A stretch of DNA of 64,000 nt from Candidatus Eiseniibacteriota bacterium (lineage in GTDB: Bacteria > Eisenbacteria > RBG-16-71-46 > DASYSL01), in contig JANPEF010000091.1 in assembly GCA_031431875.1 (NCBI GenBank), positions 1 to 64,000 of the forward strand, in the 5' to 3' direction. Each line of letters begins with the position of its first letter. The stretch's first letter is position 1. Shown piece by piece: positions 40,404-50,464 of the stretch. Below the pieces are notes generated by a model. It was not told where the DNA came from. It saw nothing but the letters and a program-made list of their open reading frames with translations, and did no database searches. Position numbers and translations under genes: made by a program.

Positions 40404-41915
40404 CTACTTCTTCGCCGCCGCCCGCTCGACGTAATCCACCAGCAGGCGCACGCCAAAACCCACGGCGCCCTTCGGGCCATAGGGCTTGTCGCGGTCGTTC
40501 CACGCCACGCCGGCGATGTCGAGATGGACCCACGGATAGCCCTGCGCGAACTGGGCGAGGAACATCGCACCCGCGATCGTCCCGCCCTCACGGCCGGCCG
40601 AGTTCTTCATGTCGGCGATGTCGCTGCGCAGGAGCTCGTTGTACTCGGGCCAGGTCGGCAGCTGCCACAGCCGCTCGCCGGTGCGCTTGCCCGACTCGAT
40701 CACGTCGTCGACCAGGTCTTGATCGTTGCCCATGATCCCCGCGCACTGCGAGCCGAGCGCGACCACCACGGCGCCGGTCAGCGTGGCCAGGTCGATCACC
40801 GCGTCGGGCTTGTAGCGATGGGCGTACGACAGAGCGTCGGACAGGACGAGCCGGCCCTCGGCGTCGGTGTTGTTGACCTCGATCGTCAGGCCGTTCGAGG
40901 CGGTGAGCACGTCGCCCGGCTTGAGCGCCTTGCCGCCGGGCATGTTCTCGGCCGCGGCGACCAGGCCGATGACGCGCACGCCCGCCGGACGCAGCTTGCC
41001 GAGCGCGTGCATCGCGCCGAGCACGGCGGCGCCACCCGACATGTCGTACTTCATCTTCTCCATCGAGTCGGCGGGCTTGAGCGAGATGCCACCGGTGTCG
41101 AACGTGATGCCCTTGCCGACGATGCAGATGGTCTTCCTGACCCGGCCCCTGGGCTTGTAGTCGACGACGATGAAGCGCGGCGGCTGCGCCGAACCCCGAC
41201 CCACGCCGAGAAGCGCGCCCATCTTCATGCGCTTCATCTCGAGCGGCCCGAAGATCGTGGCCCTGAGCTGCGCCGACGTGCCCGCGATCGTGCGCGCCGC
41301 CGTGGCCAGGTCGGCCGGCGTCATGTCCTGGCCCGGATGGCTGGACAGGTCGCGCGTGATGACGACGCTGGCGGACAGCGTCTCGCCCTTCTTCGCGCCT
41401 CGCGTGACGGCGGCGAGCTTCGCCTTGTCCGCTTCGACGACGATGAGCGACTTGACCTGGCGCTTGCGATCCTTGTCCTGCGTAAGGTAGTGGCCGAACA
41501 CGTAGTTGCCCAGCACCGAGCCCTCGACGACCGCCTGCGCGGCGAGGTCGGCGTCGAGCGCGCCCTTGCCGGCGCCGTGCGCGACGGTGGCCAGCGTCTT
41601 CACGCCGAGCATGCGGGCGCGCGTGACGGCGGTGCCGGCGGCCTGGCGGACGCGCTCGGCATCGACGCCCTTCTCGGCGCCGAGGCCGACGACGATCAGC
41701 CGCGCGAGGCGGCCGGTCGTCGGATAGAGGACGACGCACTGTCCGGCCTTGCCGGCGAAGTCGCCGCTCTTGAGCAGTTCGCGGATCGCGCCGCCGGCGG
41801 CCTTGTCGACCGCCTGCGCCGCGCCCGACGGGCGGCTGGTGCCTTCGAAGAAGCCGAGCACGAGCGCGTCGGCGGCGACACGTTCGGCGGCGCCACCGCG
41901 AACGACGATCTGCAT
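40404..41915 (-). CDS. pepA: Leucyl aminopeptidase (M17)
   Basis: VGKGITFDTGG, MKYDMSG, NTDAEGRL, DLATLTGA, WVHLDIAG. Confidence 0.96.
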   Translation of the reverse strand: MQIVVRGGAAERVAADALVLGFFEGTSRPSGAAQAVDKAAGGAIRELLKSGDFAGKAGQCVVLYPTTGRLARLIVVGLGAEKGVDAERVRQAAGTAVTRARMLGVKTLATVAHGAGKGALDADLAAQAVVEGSVLGNYVFGHYLTQDKDRKRQVKSLIVVEADKAKLAAVTRGAKKGETLSASVVITRDLSSHPGQDMTPADLATAARTIAGTSAQLRATIFGPLEMKRMKMGALLGVGRGSAQPPRFIVVDYKPRGRVRKTICIVGKGITFDTGGISLKPADSMEKMKYDMSGGAAVLGAMHALGKLRPAGVRVIGLVAAAENMPGGKALKPGDVLTASNGLTIEVNNTDAEGRLVLSDALSYAHRYKPDAVIDLATLTGAVVVALGSQCAGIMGNDQDLVDDVIESGKRTGERLWQLPTWPEYNELLRSDIADMKNSAGREGGTIAGAMFLAQFAQGYPWVHLDIAGVAWNDRDKPYGPKGAVGFGVRLLVDYVERAAAKK

Positions 41916-42120
41916 GAGCGAGCCTCCATCCTGGATGACGGGCAACGGTGGATCCCGGGGGAATGCGGGCGGCGGGACCGCCCGACAACCTGCACAGAAC
42001 ACGGGATTTGCCGCGCCAAGTCAAGCGCGGGATGGGGCTTGTCGCCGCACGCAGCCTGCGCGATCCTCGCTCCGTCCGCCGTCGCGCATTTTCTTCTCTC
42101 TTCCGTTGCGAGGATCCGCC

Positions 42121-42834
42121 GTGTCGACTCCGAGCCCCGCTGCATCCCGCCCGCGCGCCCTCGTCACCGGGGGGAACGGCAATCTCGGCGAGGCCGTCGC
42201 GCGCCTCCTGCAGCGCGCCGAGTACGAAGTGCACATCACCGTGCAGGACCAGCGAACGCGCGCCGAGTTCGCCTTCGGCCTGATCCAGGCCGACATCCAC
42301 GTGCACGTCGTCGACCTCACCGATCCTTCCGCGGTGGCAAAGCTCGCGACCGAGATCGGCGGCCCGCTCGAGGCGCTGGTCTCGACGGTCGGCGGTTTCG
42401 CCGGCGGGCCATTCGCGGACATGGATCCCGCGCTCTTCGACCAGCAGTACTCGCTCAACCTCAAGACCACGCTGCTCACGCTGCACGCCATGTACCCGCT
42501 ACTCAAGGCGAGCCCGGGCGGCAGCTCGGTCGTGCTGGTCGGCAATCGCCCCGCACTGTCGGCGGGTCCCGGCGTCGCCGTCTCGTCCGCGATGAAGGCC
42601 GCCGTCATCCACCTGGCGAAGAGCCTGGCCAAGGAGTGGAAGCCCGACGGCATCACCGTCAACGCGATCGCGCCCGGCGTCATGGACACGCCGCAGAACC
42701 GCCGCGACATGCCCGACGCGGATTCCTCGGGCTGGCCCACGCCGGGACAGGTCGCCGAGGTCGTCGCCTTCCTGCTCTCGGGTGCGGGCTCGATCGTCTC
42801 GGGCGCGGTCGTGCCCGTGTTCGGACGGTCGTAG
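42121..42834 (+). CDS. SDR family oxidoreductase
   Basis: ALVTGGNGNLG, VNAIAPGVMDTPQN; catalytic YxxxK appears as SSAMK. Confidence 0.88.
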   Translation: MSTPSPAASRPRALVTGGNGNLGEAVARLLQRAEYEVHITVQDQRTRAEFAFGLIQADIHVHVVDLTDPSAVAKLATEIGGPLEALVSTVGGFAGGPFADMDPALFDQQYSLNLKTTLLTLHAMYPLLKASPGGSSVVLVGNRPALSAGPGVAVSSAMKAAVIHLAKSLAKEWKPDGITVNAIAPGVMDTPQNRRDMPDADSSGWPTPGQVAEVVAFLLSGAGSIVSGAVVPVFGRS

Positions 42835-42837
42835 CGC

Positions 42838-43668
42838 TTGGCCGCCACGCCCCGCATCTCGATCATCGTCAGCCACTTCGATCGTCGCCGCTGCCTGTCC
42901 GAGGCGCTCGATTCGATCGCCGCGCAGACCCGGCGCGACTTCGAGGTGATCGTCGTCAGCGATGCCGGGCCACGCGGCTCGGCCGCGGTCGTCGAGGCAT
43001 TCGCCGCCGCCCACGCCGGCGCGTTCACCGCGCGCTTCGTGCGCCGCGAGCTCAACGGTGGCGTGGCCGCGACGCGCAACACGGGCGTCGCCGCGGCGGA
43101 GGGCACGCTGATCGCGTATCTCGACGACGACGATCGCTGGCGGCCCTCCCATCTGGCCGAGCTCGTGCGCGCGCTCGAGCGCACGCCGGACGCCGCGCTC
43201 GCCTACGGCGATGCCGAGGTGCAGCGCCTCGAACCGATCGACGCGCGGGGCGGACGCGCCCCCGACGGCGACCTCGATCCGTGGACCTGGCGTGTCGCGG
43301 CCCGGCTGCCGCTGGCGGTGCCGTTCGCTGTCGACGACCTGCGCCGCGACGACTTCATCGTGCCCGGCGGCATGCTGCACCCCCGCGCGTTGTACGACGC
43401 CGTCGGCCCGTTCGACGAGTCGCTCTATGTTTCCGACGACTGGGACTGGCTGCTGAGGGTTCTTGCCGCACGCGGCCCCGGCGCGTTCGTGCGCGCGCCG
43501 CTCCCGGTGGTCGACGTGCGCATCTGGAGCGCGGCCGGGGCGAACCTGTCGGCCGACTCCGGCGCCCGCCGCCGCGCCGCCCTGGCCACGATCGAGCAGC
43601 GCCACGGCACCCCGCCGCTGGCGCCGAAGACGTTCTGGGAGGTGGCCGAGACGTACGCTGCGCGCTGA
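42838..43668 (+). CDS. Glycosyltransferase family 2
   Basis: ISIIV, FEVIVVSD, GVAATRN.G, AYLDDDD, DDWDWLLR. Confidence 0.9.
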   Translation: MAATPRISIIVSHFDRRRCLSEALDSIAAQTRRDFEVIVVSDAGPRGSAAVVEAFAAAHAGAFTARFVRRELNGGVAATRNTGVAAAEGTLIAYLDDDDRWRPSHLAELVRALERTPDAALAYGDAEVQRLEPIDARGGRAPDGDLDPWTWRVAARLPLAVPFAVDDLRRDDFIVPGGMLHPRALYDAVGPFDESLYVSDDWDWLLRVLAARGPGAFVRAPLPVVDVRIWSAAGANLSADSGARRRAALATIEQRHGTPPLAPKTFWEVAETYAAR

Positions 43669-43728
43669 GCTCTCGCCGGGATCCCCAGTCACTTGTCGAA
43701 AGCTTGTCTGGCCGGCGGCCATCTGTGG

Positions 43729-43760
43729 GACCAGAATGACCAGAATCTGATTCTGGTCAT
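43729..43760. promoter_or_regulatory. Probable TetR operator
   Basis: Perfect inverted repeat ATGACCAGAATC-T-GATTCTGGTCAT (43736-43760) plus an extra GACCAGAAT half-site, directly upstream of tetR. Confidence 0.75.
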
Positions 43761-43782
43761 CACGCACCCGGGGGAGTCGTTC

Positions 43783-44448
43783 ATGCCCGCCACCAGCCGC
43801 CCCTTCGCTGCCGAGTCCGCGACGGCCGACCGCATCCTCGATGCGGCCGATCGCCTGCTGGGCCGCTTCGGCTATCGCAAGATGACCGTGGACGACCTGG
43901 CCCGCGAGGCCGGGATCGGCAAAGGCACGGTCTACCTGAGCTTTCGCAGCAAAGAGGAGATCGCGCTCGCCTGCATCGACCGCATGGCCGGCCGCCTGCG
44001 CATTCGCCTGGAGTCCATCGCCGCCGAGGCCGGTCCGCCGGCCGACCGGCTGCGCCGTATCCTCGTCCTGCGCGTCATGCACCGCTTCGACTACGCGCGC
44101 GGCCATTCGGCGCGGCTCGACGAGTTGCTGGCGGCGATCCGCACCGAGCTCATCGCCCGCCGCACGCGACACTTCGCGGCCGAAGCCACGATCGTCGCGA
44201 GCGTGATCGCCGGAGCGGGAATCCCGCGCATCGATCCGAATGCCGCCGCCGAGGCCATGATCACGGCCACGAACGCGCTCCTGCCCTACAGCCTGAGCGC
44301 GCGCGAGCTGGGCCGGCGCGCCGAGATCGAGACGCGCGCCATCACCGTCGCCGAACTCGTCGTGCGTGGAATCGTCGCGCCGACCGCCGCTTCGTCCCGT
44401 CCGCCGTCCATTCCCGAGCCCCCGCGTCCCCGGAGGAATCCGTCATGA
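43783..44448 (+). CDS. TetR/AcrR family regulator
   Basis: RILDAA..GYRKMTVDDLAREAGIGKGTVYLSFRSKEE. Confidence 0.93.
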   Translation: MPATSRPFAAESATADRILDAADRLLGRFGYRKMTVDDLAREAGIGKGTVYLSFRSKEEIALACIDRMAGRLRIRLESIAAEAGPPADRLRRILVLRVMHRFDYARGHSARLDELLAAIRTELIARRTRHFAAEATIVASVIAGAGIPRIDPNAAAEAMITATNALLPYSLSARELGRRAEIETRAITVAELVVRGIVAPTAASSRPPSIPEPPRPRRNPS

Positions 44449-45626
44449 TTCGCGTCTTTCGTCATTTCTCGTCGTTCAGCCTACTCGCCGCGACCGTCTT
44501 CGCCTCGCTGGCGCTCGGCGTTGTGCCCGCCACCGCACAGTTCGGCGCCCCGCCCGCGGACCAGCCGGATCTCCTGGTCGATCGCGCGACGTCGCGCGCC
44601 GTCGTCGAGAGCCTCGCGGTGAAGGTCGAAGCCGAGTACGTGTTCCCCGACGTCGCCAGGAGGGTGGCGAAGGGCCTGCGCGACCGGGCGAAGCGGGGCC
44701 GCTACGACTCGATCGGCCAGGCGAAGGAGTTGTCCGACACGCTGAACGCCGACCTGCGGACGCTGGCGCACGACCTGCACCTGCGCCTGCACTACTCGAG
44801 TCGCCCGCTTCCCGCGACCGCACCGAACGCGGGCTCGAACGCGGATCACCTGCCCGACCCGGCCGAGCAGGTGCGCGTTGCCGCGCAGGCCCGGCGCATG
44901 AACCACGGCTTCGACAGGGTGCAGCGCCTGGCCGGCAATGTCGGCTACCTGGAGCTGCGCGCCTTCGACGGCTCGCCGGACGCGGGCAAGACTGCGATCG
45001 CGGCTCTCGAGTTCCTCAAGAACTCGGATGCACTCATCTTCGACCTGCGCCGCAACGGCGGCGGCGACCCGAACATGATCGTTCTGCTGCTCAGCCACCT
45101 GTACAACGGGGAGGACCGCGTGCACGTGAACGACTTCTACGAGCGTCGCGACGACCGCACCGTCGAGTACTGGACTTCGACGACCGTGCCCGGCCCGCGC
45201 TTCGACGGCAAGGAGGTCTTCGTCCTGACCAGCCGGCGCACCGGCTCGGCGGCCGAGGAGTTCGCCTACGACATCAAGAACCTCAAGCGCGGCACACTGG
45301 TCGGCGAAGTGACCGCCGGCGGCGCAAACCCCGGCGGCCTGTTCCGCCTCAACGACAACTTCGCGGCGTTCATCGCCACCGGGCGCGCGATCAGCCCGGT
45401 CACGAAGACCAACTGGGAAGGTGTGGGCGTCGCCCCCGACGTTGCCACGAGCGCCGACGAGGCGCTGAAGACCGCGCACGTCATGGCGCTGACGAACCTG
45501 CAGGCGAAGGCGACCGATCCGGAGCTGAAGGGGATGTACGACCGCGCGCTCGACCAGGCGAAGAACGCGCCGGTGGAGCCGGTGGCCGGGCTCGGCGGGC
45601 CGGCAGGCCCGGCGGCGAAGCGCTGA
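44445..45626 (+). CDS. S41 family peptidase (IRBP-like), secreted
   Basis: Signal peptide; GNVGYLEL, IFDLRRNGGG, TGSAAEEF, VGEVTAGGA, WEGVGVAPD. Confidence 0.92.
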   Translation: MIRVFRHFSSFSLLAATVFASLALGVVPATAQFGAPPADQPDLLVDRATSRAVVESLAVKVEAEYVFPDVARRVAKGLRDRAKRGRYDSIGQAKELSDTLNADLRTLAHDLHLRLHYSSRPLPATAPNAGSNADHLPDPAEQVRVAAQARRMNHGFDRVQRLAGNVGYLELRAFDGSPDAGKTAIAALEFLKNSDALIFDLRRNGGGDPNMIVLLLSHLYNGEDRVHVNDFYERRDDRTVEYWTSTTVPGPRFDGKEVFVLTSRRTGSAAEEFAYDIKNLKRGTLVGEVTAGGANPGGLFRLNDNFAAFIATGRAISPVTKTNWEGVGVAPDVATSADEALKTAHVMALTNLQAKATDPELKGMYDRALDQAKNAPVEPVAGLGGPAGPAAKR

Positions 45627-45652
45627 TCGCAGCTTCGCGCGCGGAGTAACGA

Positions 45653-45686
45653 AAGGGCGCCCGCCGAGTCGACTCGGGGGCGCCCT
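45653..45686. terminator. Hairpin between convergent genes
   Basis: AGGGCGCCC-GCCGAGTCGACTCGG-GGGCGCCCT. Confidence 0.5.
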
Positions 45687-45725
45687 CCCTTCCGTCTCCG
45701 GGCCGCGGTCGCGGTCTCCGACTCG

Positions 45726-46007
45726 TCAGCGCCGGTACGCGCTCTTCACGGCACCCCAGCTCTTCTTCGCGTGCAACACCTTCGGGATCATTCCCGCCAC
45801 CTCGGCCGGGTGCTCGATCTCCTCGGGGATCGGCTCGACGCTGACCTCGCCACCACGCCGCCACGCATCCTGATCGGCAAGCATCGAGCCGGCATTGGTG
45901 CGCGTGGGGGTGTCGGTCGCTCCAGCGCTGGTGGAGAGGAACAGGGCGGCCAGAAGGAGCAGGCTCCCGAGGCTCAGGGACTTGGCGGACATCGCACGAG
46001 CGGTCAT
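45726..46007 (-). CDS. Small secreted protein with C-terminal SWGAVKSAYR motif
   Basis: RBS AGGAGGT; signal peptide ending SAGA; 93 aa. Confidence 0.75.
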   Translation of the reverse strand: MTARAMSAKSLSLGSLLLLAALFLSTSAGATDTPTRTNAGSMLADQDAWRRGGEVSVEPIPEEIEHPAEVAGMIPKVLHAKKSWGAVKSAYRR

Positions 46008-46282
46008 GACGCACCTCCTGGTCGTTAGGGGGGGAGTCTCGGGCGCCCCCTCGGGCGCCTCTGCCTTCCCGCCTGCCAGGGTGGTCGTACTCTCAGGGGA
46101 GGTGTGACATCGGCCCGGGCGCGGGCTGGGGATCTGGATGCGGTGCGAGATGCGGAGCTGGCTGGGGCCCGGAGTGCGATGCGTCAGGTCGGGAGAGATC
46201 CCCGAGCGCCCGTGCGTCCCAGACCCGAGCCACGAGTGGCAGTTTGGATCCAGAGACGCCGGGGCCGGGAAACTCGAAGTCT

Positions 46283-46741
46283 TCAGGCGTCGGGCGCGCG
46301 GCACCCCGCACAGACGCCGTTGAACCGAATCGTGTAGTCGCTCACCGCAAAGTCGAGGCCGCCCGGGGGGAGCACGGTGTCGAACGCCTCGTGGGCGACG
46401 TCCTGCAGCGTGTGACATTTCACACACCACAGGTGATGGTGACCGCCGAGATTCGCGTCGAACCGCCGGCTGGTTCCCGGGGCATCGACCTCGCGCACGA
46501 AGCCGAGTTCGACGAGAAAATCGATCGTCTTGTAGACCGTTCCGAGAGACAGCGCCGGCAGGCCGGGCTTCAACTCCCGAAACACCCCCTCCGCACTCGG
46601 ATGCTCCCGGCTCGCGAGCAGTGCCCGGTAGACGGCCAGGCGCTGATGGGTCACCGGCACCCCACGGTCGTGGCAGGTGCGGGTGAACCGATCGAGTTCC
46701 GAAGCGACGTCCGGTCGCGAGGGGCTGAGCGCAGGGTGCAA
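46283..46741 (-). CDS. Fur/PerR family transcriptional repressor
   Basis: THQRLAVY...HPSAEGV...LSLGTVYKT...HHHLWCVKC...GVCAGC; TTG start uncertain. Confidence 0.9.
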   Translation of the reverse strand: MHPALSPSRPDVASELDRFTRTCHDRGVPVTHQRLAVYRALLASREHPSAEGVFRELKPGLPALSLGTVYKTIDFLVELGFVREVDAPGTSRRFDANLGGHHHLWCVKCHTLQDVAHEAFDTVLPPGGLDFAVSDYTIRFNGVCAGCRAPDA

Positions 46742-46773
46742 GGGGTCGCTTCTCCGGAGAGCTTCTCGAGAGA

Positions 46774-46788
46774 TGAGAAGGATTCTCG
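46774..46788. promoter_or_regulatory. Fur/Per-box-like operator
   Basis: TGAGAAG-G-ATTCTCG resembles the 7-1-7 TGA(T/G)AAT-N-ATT(A/C)TCA box, just upstream of the Fur-family gene. Confidence 0.5.
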
Positions 46789-47219
46789 AACAGGAATCTA
46801 GCGGTCCGGGTGGCGCTCGGCAAGCGCTCCGAGCAGGCCAAACGTTTATTTGACAATATGTTGCATTCTGAGCCAATTGCGCTGTCAGGGGCGCGGAGGG
46901 GTCCGCGGGGGTCCGCGGGGGGCGGCGCGGGGCGGACCTGAGGCGGTTGGGGTCGGTCGGCGGCAACTTGGGCCGGCGCAAGTTGGTGGGGCCCGCCCCA
47001 CCGCCAGACAGGCAGAATCGCATGCCCCAGCGCATGTCATTTGACCAGTCTGGGGGGCCGTTTCGCGAGCGGTTCCTCCGGCCGCGCCTCCGCCCCCGGC
47101 TCGATTTGCGCGGGCCCAAGTTTTCCCGCCTGTCCACGGTCCTCCACCGGCACACCCCGCCCCCTCGCCGCATCCGAAGATGACGCCCGGAGCCGGGCGC
47201 ACGGAAAGGACGGGCGACC

Positions 47220-48290
47220 ATGCAGCCTGCGAACTTCACGACTTCCGCTCCTTCGCCGCAGGGCGATGACCGCGCGCTGCTCGACTCCTACTCGCGCGCC
47301 GTGATCGACGCGACCGACCGCGTGAGCCCCGCCGTGGTCAATCTCGAGGTGACGCACCGCGTTCCGGCGGGCCGTTCACGGCGCGGCGGACGGGGTCGCG
47401 GTCCCCACGGAGGCGACGGTCACGGCGCGGGCGCCGGCGACGATCCCGAGGTGCACGGCACGGGCTCGGGCTTCCTGTTCACGCCCGACGGTTTCGCGCT
47501 GACCAACAGCCATGTCGTGGGCGGCGCGACGCGGATCACGGCGACGCTCACCGACGGGCGACATGTCGCCGCGACGCTGGTCGGCGACGATCCGCACACC
47601 GACCTCGCGGTCGTCCGTCTGCAGGCCGAGGATGCGCACCTGCCGACGGTCGACCTGGGCACGTCGGGCGACCTGCGCGTGGGCCAGCTGGCCGTCGCGA
47701 TCGGCAATCCCCTCGGCTTCCAGACGACGGTCACGGCGGGCGTCGTCAGCGCGCTCGGCCGCTCGCTGCGCGCCAGCTCGGGACGCCTGATCGACGACGT
47801 GGTGCAGACCGATGCGGCACTCAACCCGGGGAACTCGGGCGGGCCGCTGGTCGACTCGCGCGGGACGGTGATCGGCGTCAACACGGCGATCATCCGCGGC
47901 GCGCAGGGCATCTGCTTCGCCATCGCGGTCGACACCGCGCGCTTCGTGGTGGCGCGGCTGATGAGCGAGGGATGTGTGCGGCGCAGTGTGCTGGGCCTGG
48001 GCGGGCAGAACCTGCCGATCCGGCGCCAGGTCGTGCGCTTCCATGACCTGCCGGTCGAGAGCGGCGTGCTGGTGCTGGGAATCGAGCCGGGCGGCCCGGC
48101 CGAACGTGCGGGCATTCGCGAGCGCGACGTCGTGATCGCATTCGGCGACCGGCCGGTTGCCGGCATCGACGACCTGCACCGTGCGCTCACGCACGAGCGC
48201 GTGGGAGTGGCGACGTCGATCACGGTGATCCGCCGCGCCGAGAAGTTGACGCTGAGCACGGTGCCGGTCGAGGCGGATTCCGCGGCCTGA
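47220..48290 (+). CDS. HtrA/DegS-like trypsin serine protease with PDZ domain
   Basis: GTGSGF, LTNSHVV, DLAVV, QTDAALNPGNSGGPL, C-terminal PDZ. Confidence 0.95.
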   Translation: MQPANFTTSAPSPQGDDRALLDSYSRAVIDATDRVSPAVVNLEVTHRVPAGRSRRGGRGRGPHGGDGHGAGAGDDPEVHGTGSGFLFTPDGFALTNSHVVGGATRITATLTDGRHVAATLVGDDPHTDLAVVRLQAEDAHLPTVDLGTSGDLRVGQLAVAIGNPLGFQTTVTAGVVSALGRSLRASSGRLIDDVVQTDAALNPGNSGGPLVDSRGTVIGVNTAIIRGAQGICFAIAVDTARFVVARLMSEGCVRRSVLGLGGQNLPIRRQVVRFHDLPVESGVLVLGIEPGGPAERAGIRERDVVIAFGDRPVAGIDDLHRALTHERVGVATSITVIRRAEKLTLSTVPVEADSAA

Positions 48291-48349
48291 CCTCCCCATC
48301 GGGCTGATAAGGTGGCGCCGACTTCGACCTGATCCGGGAGCGGCGCCTC

Positions 48350-50422
48350 ATGTCCCACGAACTGACCATCCTCCGCGAACTCACCCTGCTCGCCGGCGTC
48401 TCGCTGGTGGTGAACCTGCTGCTGCGCCGACTCAAGGTCCCCTCGGTCGTCGGCTTCCTGTTCACGGGGATCCTGATCGGCCCGGGCGGCCTGGGGCTCG
48501 TGCGTGAGCCCGAGACGGTGGCGACGCTCGCAGAGATCGGCGTCGTGGTCCTGCTCTTCGCCATCGGTCTCGAGTTCTCGCTCGCCGACCTGAAAAAGCT
48601 CGGCCGCAAGGCCGTCATCGCGGGCGTCGGCCAGGTGGTTGTCACCGCCGCGGCTGTCGCGCTGGTCCTCATCGCGATGGGTGCAGTTCCCGCGAAGGCG
48701 ATCTTCCTCGGCATGCTGATCGCCCCTTCCTCCACCGCGCTCGTCTTTCGCTTGATCACCGATCGCGGCGAGCTGCAGGCACCGCACGGGCGCCTGCTCA
48801 CCGGCGTCCTCCTGGTGCAGGACCTGGCGGTCGTACCCATGGTGCTGCTCGTCCCCGCGCTGTCGACATGGGCCGCCGGTGGCGGCGGCGCGGACGTACC
48901 GGCAGGGGCAGCGGTGCTGGGCCACGGCGGCACGACGGGCGGCGGCTTCGAGCTGGTGCTCCGGGGTCTCGGGACGATCGGACTGGTCGTGCTGGCCTTC
49001 TTCGCCGCGCGGCGGCTGGTGCCGTGGCTGGTGGCGCGTGCGGCGGCGGGTCGCTCGCGCGAGACCTTCCTCGCCGCGGTCCTGCTCGTCGTCGCCGGCT
49101 CGGCGTGGCTGTCGCAGCAGGCCGGGCTGTCGGTCGCCCTGGGCGCATTCCTCGCCGGCCTCGTGCTGGCCGAGTCGGAGCATCGGTCGCAGGTTCACGC
49201 CGACATCCTGCCGTTTCGCGACATGCTGCTCTCGGTGTTCTTCATCTCGATCGGGATGTTGCTCACACCGTGGACGCTGCTCCTGCACCCGCTCGAGGTC
49301 GGCTTCGCGACGGTCGGCATGGTGACGTGGAAGCTGGTTGCCGCGGCGGCGGTGGCGCGCCTCGCCGGCTATCCGTGGCGCATCGCACTCGCGGCCGGGC
49401 TGAGCCTCGCGCATGTCGGCGAGTTCTCCTTCGTGCTGGCGCAGGCCGGCACGCCCGCGGGCCTCTTGCCGCCGCCGTGGGACCAGGCGTTCCTCGCCGG
49501 CGCCGTGTTCTCGATGATGCTCACGCCGTGGTTCGTCAACTCGGCCCCGCGCTGGGCGCTGACCCTGGAGATGAAGCTGCGCGGCCTGCGCGAGATCTCG
49601 CACCTGCCGGGCTCGCCGCATGCGGAGACGCCGCAGTCGCTGCTGATGCGCGACCACGTGGTGATCGCCGGCTTCGGGTTGAACGGGCGGAACCTCGCGC
49701 GCGTTCTGCGCTCGGTCAAGATCGGCCATGTCGTCGTCGACCTCGATCCCGAGGCGATCGTCCAGTGCGGCGAGGAAGGCAGCCCCGCGCTGGTCGGCAA
49801 CGTGACCCAGCCCGAGATCCTGAAACAGCTCGGGATCGCGCGGGCGCGCGTGCTGGTGCTCGCGCTGTCGGATCCATTCGCCTCGCGGCACGCGGCCCGG
49901 CTGGCGCGCTCGCTCAATGCGCACCTGTTCGTGCTGGTGCGCGCTCGCTCGGTCGAAGACATCGATGCGCAGTACGAGGCCGGAGCGAACCTGGTCATCC
50001 CCGAGGAGTTCGAGACGTCGATCGAGATTTTCACGTCCGTGTTGCGGGAGTATCACGTGCCGGTCAACGTCGTCGAGGCGCAGGTCACGATGTTGCGCCA
50101 CGAGCGCTACTCGCTACTGCGTGGCCGCAAGCTCCCTCGCGCGGTGCTCGAACAGCTCGACGCGATCCTGACCAAGGGCACGACCGAGGCGGTCGTCGTG
50201 CTCCATCACTCGCCGGTCGTCGGTCAGGTGCTGTGGGAGACGGGGCTGCTCGACGAGGAGCACGTGAAGCTGATCGCCATCGTGCGCGGCGGCAACGCGA
50301 TGATCGACTTCGATCCGCAGATGGAGATCCGGGTCGGCGACACGCTCGTGATCACGGGCGGCCATGGCGATCTCGACCAGGTGATGGAGCGGCTGCGGCC
50401 CCTGGATCGCTCGGTGAGCTGA
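48350..50422 (+). CDS. CPA2/KefC-like cation:proton antiporter with TrkA-N and TrkA-C domains
   Basis: LAEIGVVVLLFAIGLEFS, LLVQDLAV, GEFSFVL, HVVIAGFGLNG, C-terminal RCK. Confidence 0.93.
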   Translation: MSHELTILRELTLLAGVSLVVNLLLRRLKVPSVVGFLFTGILIGPGGLGLVREPETVATLAEIGVVVLLFAIGLEFSLADLKKLGRKAVIAGVGQVVVTAAAVALVLIAMGAVPAKAIFLGMLIAPSSTALVFRLITDRGELQAPHGRLLTGVLLVQDLAVVPMVLLVPALSTWAAGGGGADVPAGAAVLGHGGTTGGGFELVLRGLGTIGLVVLAFFAARRLVPWLVARAAAGRSRETFLAAVLLVVAGSAWLSQQAGLSVALGAFLAGLVLAESEHRSQVHADILPFRDMLLSVFFISIGMLLTPWTLLLHPLEVGFATVGMVTWKLVAAAAVARLAGYPWRIALAAGLSLAHVGEFSFVLAQAGTPAGLLPPPWDQAFLAGAVFSMMLTPWFVNSAPRWALTLEMKLRGLREISHLPGSPHAETPQSLLMRDHVVIAGFGLNGRNLARVLRSVKIGHVVVDLDPEAIVQCGEEGSPALVGNVTQPEILKQLGIARARVLVLALSDPFASRHAARLARSLNAHLFVLVRARSVEDIDAQYEAGANLVIPEEFETSIEIFTSVLREYHVPVNVVEAQVTMLRHERYSLLRGRKLPRAVLEQLDAILTKGTTEAVVVLHHSPVVGQVLWETGLLDEEHVKLIAIVRGGNAMIDFDPQMEIRVGDTLVITGGHGDLDQVMERLRPLDRSVS

Positions 50423-50464
50423 TCGCCCCGGCTCAAACCTTCGGGGGCGTCGGGGCGCCGTGGG

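Noticed and set aside
46888..46935. G-run tract (possible G-quadruplex) between fur and htrA
   Set aside because: Such runs are common at this GC content; no supporting evidence of function.
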